Assembly (NCBI GenBank): GCA_018673485.1
Contig: JABHCP010000002.1
Coordinates: 1,502 to 65,501 of the forward strand
Direction of reading: 5' to 3'
Source of the DNA: Candidatus Uhrbacteria bacterium
Lineage (GTDB): Bacteria; Patescibacteriota; Patescibacteriia; UBA9934
DNA length: 64,000 nucleotides
In this document: piece by piece, positions 27,061-37,759 of the stretch
Numbering within the stretch: position 1 is the stretch's first letter
Layout: each line of letters starts with the position of its first letter
Position numbers and translations under genes: made by a program
The notes under the pieces: model-generated
The model's input: the letters and a program-made list of their open reading frames with translations, nothing else
Told to the model about the DNA's origin: nothing
Databases searched by the model: none

Positions 27061-28962
27061 TTATTCAATTACCACGCCGCCTTCTACGCTTGCGTATAGG
27101 TCGTCTTCTAAGTCAGTTGTGAGTGAGTCGGTTTCGTCGGAGAGTGATTCGTCTGTTGAGGAGTCAGTTGCGGATAGGTCGGATCCTGAGATTAGTTTTA
27201 TAAAGCTGCCGATGTCGTTCGAGTCTGGTGTGATTGAGATTGAGAATTCACCTTGTACGTTTGAAAGCTCTAATGAGAGTGAATCAATGGTCCAGCTTAC
27301 GCTGTGTTCTGAGCTGTTGTAGTTGATAGATCCTAGGTCGCGTGTTGCGTTTCCTGCCCATACTACGTGTGGAGGCAGATCGGCACTTACGGTTATGTCC
27401 TCCAGATCGTGCAGGCTATTGTTGATTGTCCAGATAACTCGATAGGTGGTTGTTTGTCCGACTTGTGGTGGTAGTGGCCCGTTTCCAAGTGCTGCGCCAC
27501 TTTCTTCGTAGTATCGAACCGATGCTTGCAGGTCTGCTTGTGAGTTTATTGATACTTCCATTGGGGAAGAGAGAACTGTGCGTCCGCTGTAAGTAGTTGA
27601 TGCGATGACGTTGAAGTTATCAGCGTCACCAACACCAAGCTCTGAGTCAATAGGGAAGGATGTGTTGATGAGAATTTTCTCACCTGGCTCGATAGAGTCG
27701 AGCTGCCAGTAAATTCCATCACTTGTAATCGTTCCACTGTCGAGCGTTGAGCTGCTCCATGCAATTGGAATAGAATCATCTGCTTGAAAGTCTAGAAGAA
27801 CGGTTAAATTTTCGATTGGAGCGTCTTGTGTGTTCTCAAGACCGATGCTCATTCTTAGCGCTCCACCTACGTCAACGCTGGTTTCGTCAGTTGCGCCATT
27901 GGCTACTACCCGCACACTAATGTCATTTTGCATCACATCTGTATATGCTTGCGCAGTTGATTGTTCTACTTCGCGATTCTCGGTCATCAAATTTATAGCA
28001 ACATCAAAATATTGGAAGCTTTCAACGTTGGATGCAAATACGCCTGAGAATGTGATTTCTATTGTTTCAAGTGTGTCGATATATTCTATAGTCCATTGAG
28101 CTGGACCGCCGGCCTCGAGTTCTGGATCGCTGCTTTCTAAGTAAAATCCTTGGGGCAGATCCATTGAAACCAATACATTCTCAAAGGGCTCTTCACCAGA
28201 GTTCTCGACACTGATTGTGTAGTCGAGGTCTTCTCCGGCTGACGCTTCTTCTGGTCCTTCAATCGTTGCAACTAATGTACTTTCAAGCGTAGTCACATAA
28301 ACAACTGCAATGTCTTCGAAGTCAGAATTGAAGTTGCCAGGTTTGTAAGTTGCGTAGGCTTGCACTGGAGTTTCAGATGGCGCCTCAGCTATCCAAACGC
28401 CGTCGATGGTTATTTTATTATCCGTCATTCCAGGAATCGATCCTATTTCCCAGATAAGATCATCAAGGTTTGCCGGTTCTTGGCTAAATGAGTAGACACG
28501 GAACGCTGAAGGGAGATTGATGTCTAAATCAAGCGATGCAATTGGAACTGTTGTTGGGTTTGCGTATTGAATTTCAATTTGCGTTGTTTGTCCACTAACC
28601 AATTCTTCTTGCATGACAATGTCTAATGTGAAATTCTCGTCATGTGACACTTCAAAGAGTTTAGTGTAGGCGAAAAATCCAGCCCAAGAAGTTACTGCGA
28701 GTATTGATAGGATGACCACCGCTGCTATTAAGATGCGAGTAAGCTTGTTGCTGTTTCTGTCTAGTTTTTCAAAGTTTATTGCACCGTCGCCGTAAATTGC
28801 CTCGAGACCTTCGTCCATTAATTGCTCACGATCTTCTTCGGGAGTGTGATGAGTGTGTTTTGCGTGAGTGTGTGATTTTGCGGGAGCATCAGACACCGGC
28901 TTTTTTGTATGTGCCGGCTTTTTGTGTTTAGTGTGCGTTGTTTTTGGTTCCTTTGGTGTCAT
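27061..28962 (-). CDS. type II membrane-anchored large surface protein with His/Lys-rich cytoplasmic N-terminus
   Basis: N-terminal KTTHTKHKKPAHTKK ..., TM helix ILIAAVVILSILAVTSWAGFFAY, beta-rich acidic ectodomain; overlaps the DUF4012 gene start (operon). Confidence 0.6.
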   Translation of the reverse strand: MTPKEPKTTHTKHKKPAHTKKPVSDAPAKSHTHAKHTHHTPEEDREQLMDEGLEAIYGDGAINFEKLDRNSNKLTRILIAAVVILSILAVTSWAGFFAYTKLFEVSHDENFTLDIVMQEELVSGQTTQIEIQYANPTTVPIASLDLDINLPSAFRVYSFSQEPANLDDLIWEIGSIPGMTDNKITIDGVWIAEAPSETPVQAYATYKPGNFNSDFEDIAVVYVTTLESTLVATIEGPEEASAGEDLDYTISVENSGEEPFENVLVSMDLPQGFYLESSDPELEAGGPAQWTIEYIDTLETIEITFSGVFASNVESFQYFDVAINLMTENREVEQSTAQAYTDVMQNDISVRVVANGATDETSVDVGGALRMSIGLENTQDAPIENLTVLLDFQADDSIPIAWSSSTLDSGTITSDGIYWQLDSIEPGEKILINTSFPIDSELGVGDADNFNVIASTTYSGRTVLSSPMEVSINSQADLQASVRYYEESGAALGNGPLPPQVGQTTTYRVIWTINNSLHDLEDITVSADLPPHVVWAGNATRDLGSINYNSSEHSVSWTIDSLSLELSNVQGEFSISITPDSNDIGSFIKLISGSDLSATDSSTDESLSDETDSLTTDLEDDLYASVEGGVVIE

Positions 28963-28964
28963 AT

Positions 28965-31577
28965 CTATCGTGCTTCAAATAGAGTAGAGAAGAAGTAGTC
29001 TTGCTGGTTGTTAACTTTAGCTCCTGAAGTTGTTAACTCATTTTGTGAGCTCCAAAGTAAATTGTGATTACTTGGTCCAAAAATGTTCACGCTAGTCTGC
29101 CGCGTTTCTACTCCAGGTTGCTTTTGTAAAAGTAGAGAGTATTCATTGAGCTGTTTAAGTCCAAGATATGCTTTTGCCATTTCCAAAATCGTTTCGCTGG
29201 TTTGTTCAAAGGTAAACGGTAATTGATACGTAAATGTGATGGTTTCTATTTCTCCAGGTTTGGTTTGAATCCAGTTTCCGAATACTGTTTTACCTTGCTC
29301 TGTCCAAATGTCTGTTCCAGAATTAAGGTCAAGCGCAAAGTCAGAGGTCCACAGTAGCATATCTTCATCAGCTTCAAGCTCAATATCTGAGGTCTTAAAT
29401 AAGTCACTGTCAGGAATCTCAAAGCCACTTGCACTTAGCAATTCGCTGCCTTGCGGTACGTATAGTCGAATGTAGTCAACGTTGTTGGCGCCTTCAAATA
29501 AAGCAGAGCTTAGTCCCATGTGTTCTTTTGTGATCGTTACAGTGTTGGTAATTGATCCGTTTTCTGCTATCTCGACGTCTACTTCAATGTCTTGCTTTAT
29601 GACAGTGTCAGTCTTTCCTCCTCCTAAGTTAGTGTTTACAACCATCAAGTAATCACCATCGGTTTGTTTGAGCGATCCAGACCAACCAAGAGTCTCAATA
29701 TCACTTTGCAGTTCGTTGTCAGTCATGAAGATCATCATGTCTTTTTGTGAAAGAGATGAAGAAAGTAGGTCAAGAACTTGCAATAATTCCTCAGGGCTCG
29801 CGGTACTTAGTCGCTCTAAAAGTTTTGGTGCTAGGTCGCCAATGAATTGCTTGGGTGCGTCTTCTTCGCGCTCAGTGTTTTGCTCGTATTGAGTGTATTC
29901 ATACTCAACGATCTTCTGTGTTTCAAATAAGAAGTTTTCTGATGTAATTGTGCGGTCATACTCAGGCATCTCGATTGGTCCAGTGATCGCAAGAAGTTGA
30001 GGTATTAGAGTTGCATTGAATGCAATTACTCCATCGAGCGTTGGTCCACCAGCACTTTCGTAAAATCCGAGCATTTTCTGAGCTGAGCTTGGAAAGTCTG
30101 GGAACCAGTTTGCGTCTTGAAGCTCCCATCTACTGTTGAGTAAAGTTAGCGGCTCAGGCGGTGCGATGTATTCATCAAGCTGACCTTGCATATCGTAGGT
30201 TCCGCCTTCAGGAATATCAATTTCACTCATTTGTCCGCCCAGCATATCGACTTGAGCAAAGCTTCCGATGAATCCTCCGGTAGCTCGCAGTTCTGTGTTG
30301 TTTTGGAATGCTAATAAGTATCGCATCTTTTGTTCTCCACCGATTATGATCTGCAATGTTCCTGAGAATTGTAGGAATTCGTTGATTGAAGTTTCAAGTG
30401 ACGGAGCAGTTTGGAGCAAAAGAGTGATTTTATCTTGATACTCAGCTGGGATGTATTCAAGATCAACTTTTTGCAATGCTTTGTTTGCTGCCACGACCTG
30501 CGGAAGGGCATTGTTCATGTAGGTAGTAAGCAATTCCAATTTTGTTGATAGTGAATATGAATCAGCCTCAGACAACTCTTCGATCGCAGTGCTAATAAGT
30601 GCAGCTGCTTTTGAAAGCGATGCGCCAGCACTGACCAGGCCTTGTACAGTTTCGTATGTGTTATCAGTTTGTGGAATGATGTTGACCAGTGCGGTTGCCG
30701 CTAGGTGCATGTTCTGTAGGGATTCCTGTGCGCTTTCAAAACTCTCTGCCGCACGTTCAAAGTCCAAGCTTGCTGTTGCGAATTCTTGAGCCTGAGCTGA
30801 GCTCGCAGCGCTTTCGATTTCAGTGATCGCTTTAGAACTAATACGCGTGATTTCAGATTCCACTGAAGTGCTATCAATGATCCCTTGCATTGCATGCAGT
30901 GGCATCACCAAGATAAATGAAACAACTAAAAACGCGGCCATCGCTCTGTGCCTGGCAGCTTTTGGAAGTAGTAAGTGAATGCGAGAGAATCGCTCAACTA
31001 ATGTTTCGGAACTTATTACCTTCTTGGAATCGTGGTCAACTTCTGATTCGATCTTTAGCAGTACATCTTCATCGTTAGTGATGATCACGTCTTGCACTAT
31101 CTCCTCCTCAATGACACTCCAGACGTCAGCGGTATCAACTTCAAGCTCTGGTAGCGCTTCGATCTGAGTGACTGATTTAACACTAGATTCAACTCGTACT
31201 TTCTTGATGATCCTTTCAGGCTCACGGAGTTGGTCACGAAGTTCATCAACAGAAAGTTCAAGCGCGTTTACTGGCGCGGTCGAGTCTGCGCTTTCGATTT
31301 GATCGAAATCATTTACCTGTGCAAGCTCACGTGCAAGTTGTGCGATGCGCTCCTGCTTTGTATCTTGCGCTGCAACTTTTTGATCCTTGCGTGATAGCTC
31401 GATTATGTAAGGAGAAACAGGTGCTGATTCAGATGTTCCTAATCTAATACCGGGGGACACCGATTCAGAGATGCCACGCTGCTTAAGTGATACCGGAAGC
31501 GCATCATCATAAAGCATAGACACCTTTGGTTGGTGCTTCTTCATTGCTTTACTGATTTGTTTTTTCTTCCGGGCCAT
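28965..31577 (-). CDS. DUF4012-domain cell-envelope protein
   Basis: YLLAFQNNTELRATGGFIGSFA motif characteristic of DUF4012; N-terminal TM. Confidence 0.6.
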   Translation of the reverse strand: MARKKKQISKAMKKHQPKVSMLYDDALPVSLKQRGISESVSPGIRLGTSESAPVSPYIIELSRKDQKVAAQDTKQERIAQLARELAQVNDFDQIESADSTAPVNALELSVDELRDQLREPERIIKKVRVESSVKSVTQIEALPELEVDTADVWSVIEEEIVQDVIITNDEDVLLKIESEVDHDSKKVISSETLVERFSRIHLLLPKAARHRAMAAFLVVSFILVMPLHAMQGIIDSTSVESEITRISSKAITEIESAASSAQAQEFATASLDFERAAESFESAQESLQNMHLAATALVNIIPQTDNTYETVQGLVSAGASLSKAAALISTAIEELSEADSYSLSTKLELLTTYMNNALPQVVAANKALQKVDLEYIPAEYQDKITLLLQTAPSLETSINEFLQFSGTLQIIIGGEQKMRYLLAFQNNTELRATGGFIGSFAQVDMLGGQMSEIDIPEGGTYDMQGQLDEYIAPPEPLTLLNSRWELQDANWFPDFPSSAQKMLGFYESAGGPTLDGVIAFNATLIPQLLAITGPIEMPEYDRTITSENFLFETQKIVEYEYTQYEQNTEREEDAPKQFIGDLAPKLLERLSTASPEELLQVLDLLSSSLSQKDMMIFMTDNELQSDIETLGWSGSLKQTDGDYLMVVNTNLGGGKTDTVIKQDIEVDVEIAENGSITNTVTITKEHMGLSSALFEGANNVDYIRLYVPQGSELLSASGFEIPDSDLFKTSDIELEADEDMLLWTSDFALDLNSGTDIWTEQGKTVFGNWIQTKPGEIETITFTYQLPFTFEQTSETILEMAKAYLGLKQLNEYSLLLQKQPGVETRQTSVNIFGPSNHNLLWSSQNELTTSGAKVNNQQDYFFSTLFEAR

Positions 31578-31585
31578 TTAGATCG

Positions 31586-32716
31586 TTACAGTAGTGATTG
31601 ATTATTATAAATATCAAGTGTCATCTTTGCTGTCTTTTTCCATGTGTATCCACGTGATACTTCTAGTCCGTCCTTTATGGATTGTGTGAATCTTTCAGGT
31701 TCATCTGCGCCTTGACGCATAAGTTCAACGAGCGCCTCTATATCATCTGGTTCAAAGTATTGCGCAGCGTGCTTGCAAACCTCTGGTATCGAGCTGGTGT
31801 TTGCGGCCGCGACTGGAGTTCCATAGCTCATTGCTTCAAGCGGTGGAATTCCGAACCCTTCAATCTTGGAAGGGAAGATGAATAGATTTGCATTTTTGTA
31901 TAACGCTGCAAGTTCTTCGTCAGTAGGTAGATCTATGAATCGCACAGCTTCTCCCTTAATTCCTAGCTCGTCTGCTTCTTTTTCTAGCCTGTGCGAGAAC
32001 ACGTCTCTGCGTCCTGCAATTACTAATTGAGTGTATGGATGATTCTTATGGAATTGCGCAAACGCGTGCATCATCATCTCGATGTTTTTGTGGGGGTATG
32101 CGTTACCGACGTATAAGAAGTACGGTTCGTATACACCCAGTGCGGTAAGGCTTACAGAGCGTGCCTCACGCGGTGGAATTACTCCATTTGGTACTACATT
32201 AATTTTGTCAGTTTTAACACCGAAGTGTTTTAGTATCGATTGTCTGGTGTAGTTTGAAACTGTCAGTATGTGGCGTGATTTGTGAATTGCATTTTCCAGA
32301 ACTACTCGAAACGCTGCGTGTTTGAAACCGTGCACTAGTGGACCCTTCGTTGTTGCTCTTGCGGAATAGGGAAGCTCGAGCATTATCAGGTCATGGATTG
32401 TGGCGATGAATGGCACTCGTGAGAAAATTGGAATGTTCCAGTGCGGGTAGTGCATGAAATCGACCTGTGCACGCTTTATGATTCCCGGCATCTTTCGTTG
32501 CTCCTGAATTGTGTACCAAGGAATGTCGACTAACTGCTTGGAAAAGTTCTTATTAGTGATTCGGCACTCGTGGAAATTTTCTTTGCGTAAAAAAAGAACG
32601 TACTGATTTTTGTGGTCCAAAACCTGCAAGTGGTTCACTAATTCAGCGACGTAACGACCAAGTCCGCCTCCTCCCACTCGGGGCCCATAAAATCTAGCAT
32701 CAATACCGATTCTCAT
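31586..32716 (-). CDS. glycosyltransferase family 4
   Basis: EGFGIPPLEAMSYGTPVAA GT4 C-terminal motif. Confidence 0.85.
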   Translation of the reverse strand: MRIGIDARFYGPRVGGGGLGRYVAELVNHLQVLDHKNQYVLFLRKENFHECRITNKNFSKQLVDIPWYTIQEQRKMPGIIKRAQVDFMHYPHWNIPIFSRVPFIATIHDLIMLELPYSARATTKGPLVHGFKHAAFRVVLENAIHKSRHILTVSNYTRQSILKHFGVKTDKINVVPNGVIPPREARSVSLTALGVYEPYFLYVGNAYPHKNIEMMMHAFAQFHKNHPYTQLVIAGRRDVFSHRLEKEADELGIKGEAVRFIDLPTDEELAALYKNANLFIFPSKIEGFGIPPLEAMSYGTPVAAANTSSIPEVCKHAAQYFEPDDIEALVELMRQGADEPERFTQSIKDGLEVSRGYTWKKTAKMTLDIYNNQSLL

Positions 32717-33042
32717 TTGTGCTCATTACGACAATAGACTTCCGTTTTTTACTTGCCATGTTTGGCTGCAAAGCCTTCAGATCTCGTCAAGATAGTCCCA
32801 CTATCTCTCCTCGATCTTCAAACTTTTCGCCTAAACATTCCTACGTAAAAATTCGAAATCTATTTTCGTAATAAGCACTTACATTTTATCACGAATTGAT
32901 GTAACTTTAGTGCTCAAATGTGGGTAACAGTGGATAAATTATTACACACGTCGTGATTGACGTGAACACATATTTTTGATAGGCTTCTCCCTTGGCTTTT
33001 CAAGGTCGAGAAATCCTTTCAAACCGCATCACGGAGGTGCGC

Positions 33043-33657
33043 ATGAGCAAGCAGAGAATGGATCCTAACGCCGAAGAGCAATTTCGGGCTCGAGCGCTTC
33101 TCGTGTTGGGTATTTTCATGGTGGCCGTGTTCACCTATGTGGCCGTTGTGAGCGATCTGCCATTCTGGCCGCAGGGTCAGGGGGGCGCCAACGAGGCCGT
33201 CCAGGTCGAGCGGCCGGAGCAGATGACCTCGCCCTACGCGCAGTTCTGCTTCCTGATCCCCGACGGCCTCGAGCTGCCTGTGAGCGTCCAAGCCAAGACG
33301 GTGGGTGGACGCAGTGTTGATCACCATACGGAGATCCCACTTTTTGCTCAGGAGGCGGAGGGGTCGTATTGCGGTGAGGTGTATATCACACCTCAGTATC
33401 CTGTCATGATGGTCACGATCATTCGCGATCCGCACTACACACCCGACTTCGAGGAGCTCTGGGTTCATGAGTCGCCGAGTGATGCTCCTCGGCAGATCAT
33501 TTGCACTGACGAGAAGTGCGAGGTGTTGCTCTATGACAGGACCAAGGTGCTCAATGTGTTCGGTCTCGAGCCACCTCTGGTCGACGAGACACGGATCTAT
33601 GGGTTCACTCCGGTCGATGGCAGTGTTTGGATCTCGAGCGAGCCAAAACAAAACTAG
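33043..33657 (+). CDS. GC-rich (about 60%) hypothetical membrane-anchored protein inside the glycosyltransferase cluster
   Basis: RBS ggaggtgcgc before ATG at 33043; TM ALLVLGIFMVAVFTYVAVV; followed by two hairpins at 33680-33750. Confidence 0.45.
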   Translation: MSKQRMDPNAEEQFRARALLVLGIFMVAVFTYVAVVSDLPFWPQGQGGANEAVQVERPEQMTSPYAQFCFLIPDGLELPVSVQAKTVGGRSVDHHTEIPLFAQEAEGSYCGEVYITPQYPVMMVTIIRDPHYTPDFEELWVHESPSDAPRQIICTDEKCEVLLYDRTKVLNVFGLEPPLVDETRIYGFTPVDGSVWISSEPKQN

Positions 33658-33767
33658 CCCACCTTGCTGGGCAGACAATCGTAAACCCCACGGATTCGTT
33701 CCGCGGGGTCTTGTGCTTTAAATTTTTCACTTTTGTCCCGATCGGTCCATAAGTGAAAAATTATGGA

Positions 33768-34982
33768 TTATGATGATGGTTCGAGTGCTTTGATTGCCAT
33801 TAGTGTCCGACGGGCTGCGGCGTCCCAGGAGAAGATTCCTGGAATGTGGGCGCCGACTTCGTGTTCGTGTTTTAATCCTACGTCGATTGCGTGAACTAGA
33901 TCGTTTACATTGAATGGGTCGACGTATGTTACGTGCTCTTTTCCAACTTCTTGCATGGATCCAGTGAAGCTTGTTACTACATGTGTACCGCTGGCTATTG
34001 CCTCGACTATCGGTAAGCCGAAGCCTTCAAAAAATGATGGAAATAGGAACAGTTCGGCGTGCCTATAAAGTGTTGGTTTGTGTTTTTCTGGAATGTATCC
34101 AAGAACGTGAATATCATTTGTGTATTTTGAATTTTTGATGCGTTTGTGAAGATTATCATTCTTCCAACCTCGTCCGCCTGCAATCACTAGGTGCGGGACG
34201 GCAACCCCCTCCAGCTCCCCCTTGGGAAGGGGGAGGGTTGAAGCACGCCACTTTTCGTACGCTTCGACGATTGTCTCTATATTTTTGCGTGGTTCAAGAG
34301 TGCATAGACTTAAAATATATGGAAATTCAATATCGTGTTGTTTTAAATTGTTTGTGTCACAGGCTTGCTCTTTTGCTTTGAATCGATCATCTACTCCAAG
34401 TGGTGTAGTAACCATTCGATCCTCACCAACGCCCCACAAGGCGTTTAAGTTTTGCTTTGTGTTTTCTGACACTGTAAGAACGAGCTCTGCATGCTCGGCC
34501 AAATATCGTGGTCGTGCAGCTTTGTGCCAAATTCTATCTTTGACACGAAAGAAACTTGGAAAGAGCTCAAAGGAAAGGTCGTGCATGGTGATTACGTAGG
34601 GACGGTGCGTTTTGATGATGTTTATATTTGGGAAAAACCATAGATCTGGTTTTTCTGGTAAAAAATCTTCCAGTGTATGCGCTGTGAAATGAAGTTTTGC
34701 TGAAAGCGCACGATTGGGCATTTCGTGCTTAACGATTGTAATATTCTTTCCTGAAAACTTTGGAAGCTTAGAAAGTGTTTCCGGTGCTCCTGATGCAAAA
34801 AGAGTAAAACGATCATCCGGCGCAATTTTCGCCATGCGTTTTATAATTTCAATCGTGTACCGACCAATACCTGAATGTTGATCGGTCGTTAGATGTCGAA
34901 TGTCGATGGCGAGGTGCATGGATCTAATGATTAAGTGTTTAAGTTGTTTAAGGTGTTTATTCGAAATAAACATTTTAGACAT
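33768..34982 (-). CDS. glycosyltransferase family 4
   Basis: EGFGLPIVEAIASGTHVVTS motif. Confidence 0.85.
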   Translation of the reverse strand: MSKMFISNKHLKQLKHLIIRSMHLAIDIRHLTTDQHSGIGRYTIEIIKRMAKIAPDDRFTLFASGAPETLSKLPKFSGKNITIVKHEMPNRALSAKLHFTAHTLEDFLPEKPDLWFFPNINIIKTHRPYVITMHDLSFELFPSFFRVKDRIWHKAARPRYLAEHAELVLTVSENTKQNLNALWGVGEDRMVTTPLGVDDRFKAKEQACDTNNLKQHDIEFPYILSLCTLEPRKNIETIVEAYEKWRASTLPLPKGELEGVAVPHLVIAGGRGWKNDNLHKRIKNSKYTNDIHVLGYIPEKHKPTLYRHAELFLFPSFFEGFGLPIVEAIASGTHVVTSFTGSMQEVGKEHVTYVDPFNVNDLVHAIDVGLKHEHEVGAHIPGIFSWDAAARRTLMAIKALEPSS

Positions 34983-34991
34983 TTCATCAAT

Positions 34992-36107
34992 TTAAACAAT
35001 TCCCAAGACTTTCTTTCTGTGCTCTTCCCATTTATTTTGCACGTAGTCATGCATTTGTTTGTGATAGATTTGCGTTGAGAATTGCTTGGCGAATTCTCGA
35101 ATCTCCATTGGATCAAATTTTGTATGGTCAAAATGCAAAACCGTGTTTGCGATCTCTTCCCAATGTTGTTTGTCAAAAAATACTCCAGTTTTTCTATCGA
35201 TCACAGTTTCTGTCGCCCCACCTTTTCGGTAAGCGATCACTGGTCGGCCGGCTGCCATGGACTCAACTGGTGTAATTCCAAAGTCTTCTTCTTGAGGGTG
35301 CAAAAAAGCAATAGCGTCTTGAAAGAGTCGCGCCCGTTCCTCGTTAGAAACTCGACCCAAGAATTGAACATTGTCTCCTGCTCGCGCTCTTAAGTCTTTT
35401 TCGATTGGTCCAGAGCCAAAAACCTTAAGTGGTATACCAAGTTTTGTAAAAGCATCGATTACAAGGTCGTAGCGCTTGTATGGTACTAAGCGACCGCCAA
35501 TAAGATAATATTCTTTTGGAGTGTCAGTGACGCTGAACTGATCCACTTCAACGGGTGGGTGAATTACATCACTATCACGTCGATAGTATTTTTGTATTCT
35601 CCGTTTTACTGTTTCGGAGTTAGCGACAAAGAAATCAACACGATCAGCGGCGAGTCGGTCCCAGTTACGCAGGATACTCAGGATCGGGGGAAGAAGTTTT
35701 TTTATAGCTCTTGGAACTTTGAGCTCTTCAGTGTAGCTGTGAGTGTCTGACCACAGGTATCGTGTTGGTGTGTGACAGTAACAAATATGAAGAGCATCGC
35801 TTGATGGAATGACACCTTTAGAAAAAGCGCTGGTGCTTGAAACGATTACATCAAACTCTGAAAGGTCGTAGCTTTCAGTTGCTGTCGGCATGAGTGGTAA
35901 TAGCCAGCGAGAGCGTTTAAGCGCTCCAGGAATTTTTTGTAAAAAGCTGGTACGAATATCGCGATGCCCAAAGGAGGTGTCCATGATCGTTTTATCGTAT
36001 AACAGTGTAAAGGTTGGTGCGTTTGGCCAAATATTCTGCATGGCCTCAAGCACACGCTCAGCGCCACCGTTTTGGGTTAGATGATCATGTACTAAAGCTA
36101 CCTTCAT
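34992..36107 (-). CDS. glycosyltransferase family 4
   Basis: EDFGITPVESMAAGRPVIAYRKGG motif; start placed at MKVALVHDH. Confidence 0.8.
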   Translation of the reverse strand: MKVALVHDHLTQNGGAERVLEAMQNIWPNAPTFTLLYDKTIMDTSFGHRDIRTSFLQKIPGALKRSRWLLPLMPTATESYDLSEFDVIVSSTSAFSKGVIPSSDALHICYCHTPTRYLWSDTHSYTEELKVPRAIKKLLPPILSILRNWDRLAADRVDFFVANSETVKRRIQKYYRRDSDVIHPPVEVDQFSVTDTPKEYYLIGGRLVPYKRYDLVIDAFTKLGIPLKVFGSGPIEKDLRARAGDNVQFLGRVSNEERARLFQDAIAFLHPQEEDFGITPVESMAAGRPVIAYRKGGATETVIDRKTGVFFDKQHWEEIANTVLHFDHTKFDPMEIREFAKQFSTQIYHKQMHDYVQNKWEEHRKKVLGIV

Positions 36108-36213
36108 AGTAGATGTATTTAAGCACGCCAAAGACCTTTGGGCAAGGGTAAATTTAGTGTTCAAAACAATAAGACCCATCGGTCTGATAGGTCTTATATT
36201 AAATTTCTTGAAC

Positions 36214-37614
36214 TTAGTAAGCGCCTTTTCCGAAGATTACTACTATTGGTGTTTTGAAAAGTATTATCAGATCAAGCCATGGGCTCCAGTTTTGAATGTA
36301 GTGCATGTCGAGTTGAACCTCTTCGTCAAAGTCCAAGTCTGCTCGCCCACCAACCTGCGCCATACCAGTCATTCCAGGTTTTATAGTTAGGACTTGTTTT
36401 TGATGAGGTTTGTAGTCTGCTACTTCTTCAGGCATGTGAGGGCGAGGACCTATTAAGCTCATGCGGCCGATGAGTACCATGAAAAGCTCAGGAAGCTCAT
36501 CGATTGATAGCTTACGAACTATTCGTCCAACCTTTGTAATGCGCGGATCATGAGTGAGTTTAAATAGTGGAGTACCACCGCGTTCGTTGCCGTACTTTTT
36601 AATAAACTCAGGATCAAAGCGATACTTGTGTGCGTCCTTGATCATGGATCGAAACTTCAGGTGATTGTAGCTCTTACCACCTTGACCAACACGTTTGTGA
36701 ACAAAGAATACGTTTCCAGGTTGTTCAATGAATAGAGCGAGTGCCGCCACGATCATGAATGGGGAAGTTAGGGTGATGAAGATTAGAGCCATAATTACGT
36801 CGAAACCACGCTTCCAAATCGCTCCCCACCCATCAAGTGGAGTTTTTGGAACCTCGATAATTGGTTGTCCAGCAAGAGTGTGTACCACTGGCTTCACTGC
36901 GGCGCTTGGAAATACTTCGGCTAGGTAATAAAAGTTTAGCTGTTCGTTGTCTGAGAATGATTTCGCGTCACGAATTTCTTTTTTATCTACTTCGGGATTG
37001 GCGAGCATGATGGCGTCGACCATTCCTTTATTCTTTAAAGCAAGAATTTTATCTATGGTGCTATTAGTGAAGTGATTTGTGTGTTCAACAACCTCGAATC
37101 CGATTCGGGGATGCTTTTGGAAATACTTTTTAAGTGACTGGCCGGATTTTGTTTTTCCAATAATCACTATTCGTTGCAGTCCAATGCCAAAGTTGCGCAA
37201 TGATCTTTGTAGCATGCGGATCAGGTATCTCTCGACTGAAATAAAAACTATCGCAAATCCCCAGACAGCGAGCACGATGAATCGTGAGTCAAAAAGCTCA
37301 CGCGAGAAAAATGCTATTCCAAGCACAACGGCAATGCTCGCCGATACTGCCAAGACTATTCTTACAAATTCAGTTGCCAGGCGCATTTGTCGGATGACGT
37401 ATAGACCAGAGAATGCAAAGATCAGCAAAAAGACAAAGCCTGATAGCGTAGTAACTTTTATGAACGCATCAAAAGGAAGGTCGAACACTACCGGCCGAAT
37501 TTCGCGAATCATTGGCGAGAATCGTACCCAGTATGCAAAGCAGGCTGCACCAACGAGTACGATATAATCCAGTGGTAATAATAAAGCTGCAAAAAATAAG
37601 TTTACGCGTTTCAT
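36214..37614 (-). CDS. polyprenyl-phosphate sugar phosphotransferase (bacterial sugar transferase, WbaP/EpsL-like)
   Basis: Multi-TM N-terminus; C-terminal KRGFDV ... PGNVFFVHKRVGQGGK ... ELPELFMVLIGRMSLIGPRP. Confidence 0.9.
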   Translation of the reverse strand: MKRVNLFFAALLLPLDYIVLVGAACFAYWVRFSPMIREIRPVVFDLPFDAFIKVTTLSGFVFLLIFAFSGLYVIRQMRLATEFVRIVLAVSASIAVVLGIAFFSRELFDSRFIVLAVWGFAIVFISVERYLIRMLQRSLRNFGIGLQRIVIIGKTKSGQSLKKYFQKHPRIGFEVVEHTNHFTNSTIDKILALKNKGMVDAIMLANPEVDKKEIRDAKSFSDNEQLNFYYLAEVFPSAAVKPVVHTLAGQPIIEVPKTPLDGWGAIWKRGFDVIMALIFITLTSPFMIVAALALFIEQPGNVFFVHKRVGQGGKSYNHLKFRSMIKDAHKYRFDPEFIKKYGNERGGTPLFKLTHDPRITKVGRIVRKLSIDELPELFMVLIGRMSLIGPRPHMPEEVADYKPHQKQVLTIKPGMTGMAQVGGRADLDFDEEVQLDMHYIQNWSPWLDLIILFKTPIVVIFGKGAY

Positions 37615-37711
37615 AGTGTTCTAATTATAGCGCAGAAGGTAGAAGGTAGAAAGTAGAAGGTAGTGTCAAAACTAAAACTACATTCTACATTCTACTCTCT
37701 ACATTCTATTT

Positions 37712-37759
37712 CCTGAGCAACAAAACGCACCGCGGTTGCGATGCGTTTTGTTGCTCAGG
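37712..37759. terminator. long hairpin cctgagcaacaaaacgca ... tgcgttttgttgctcagg (18 bp stem)
   Basis: Directly 3' of the RNase P RNA on the minus strand. Confidence 0.6.

Noticed and set aside
33019-33678. 219 aa minus-strand ORF antisense to the GC-rich gene
   Set aside because: It is an antisense shadow ORF in GC-rich DNA with an R/L-rich translation. The plus-strand ORF has the RBS and a TM helix.
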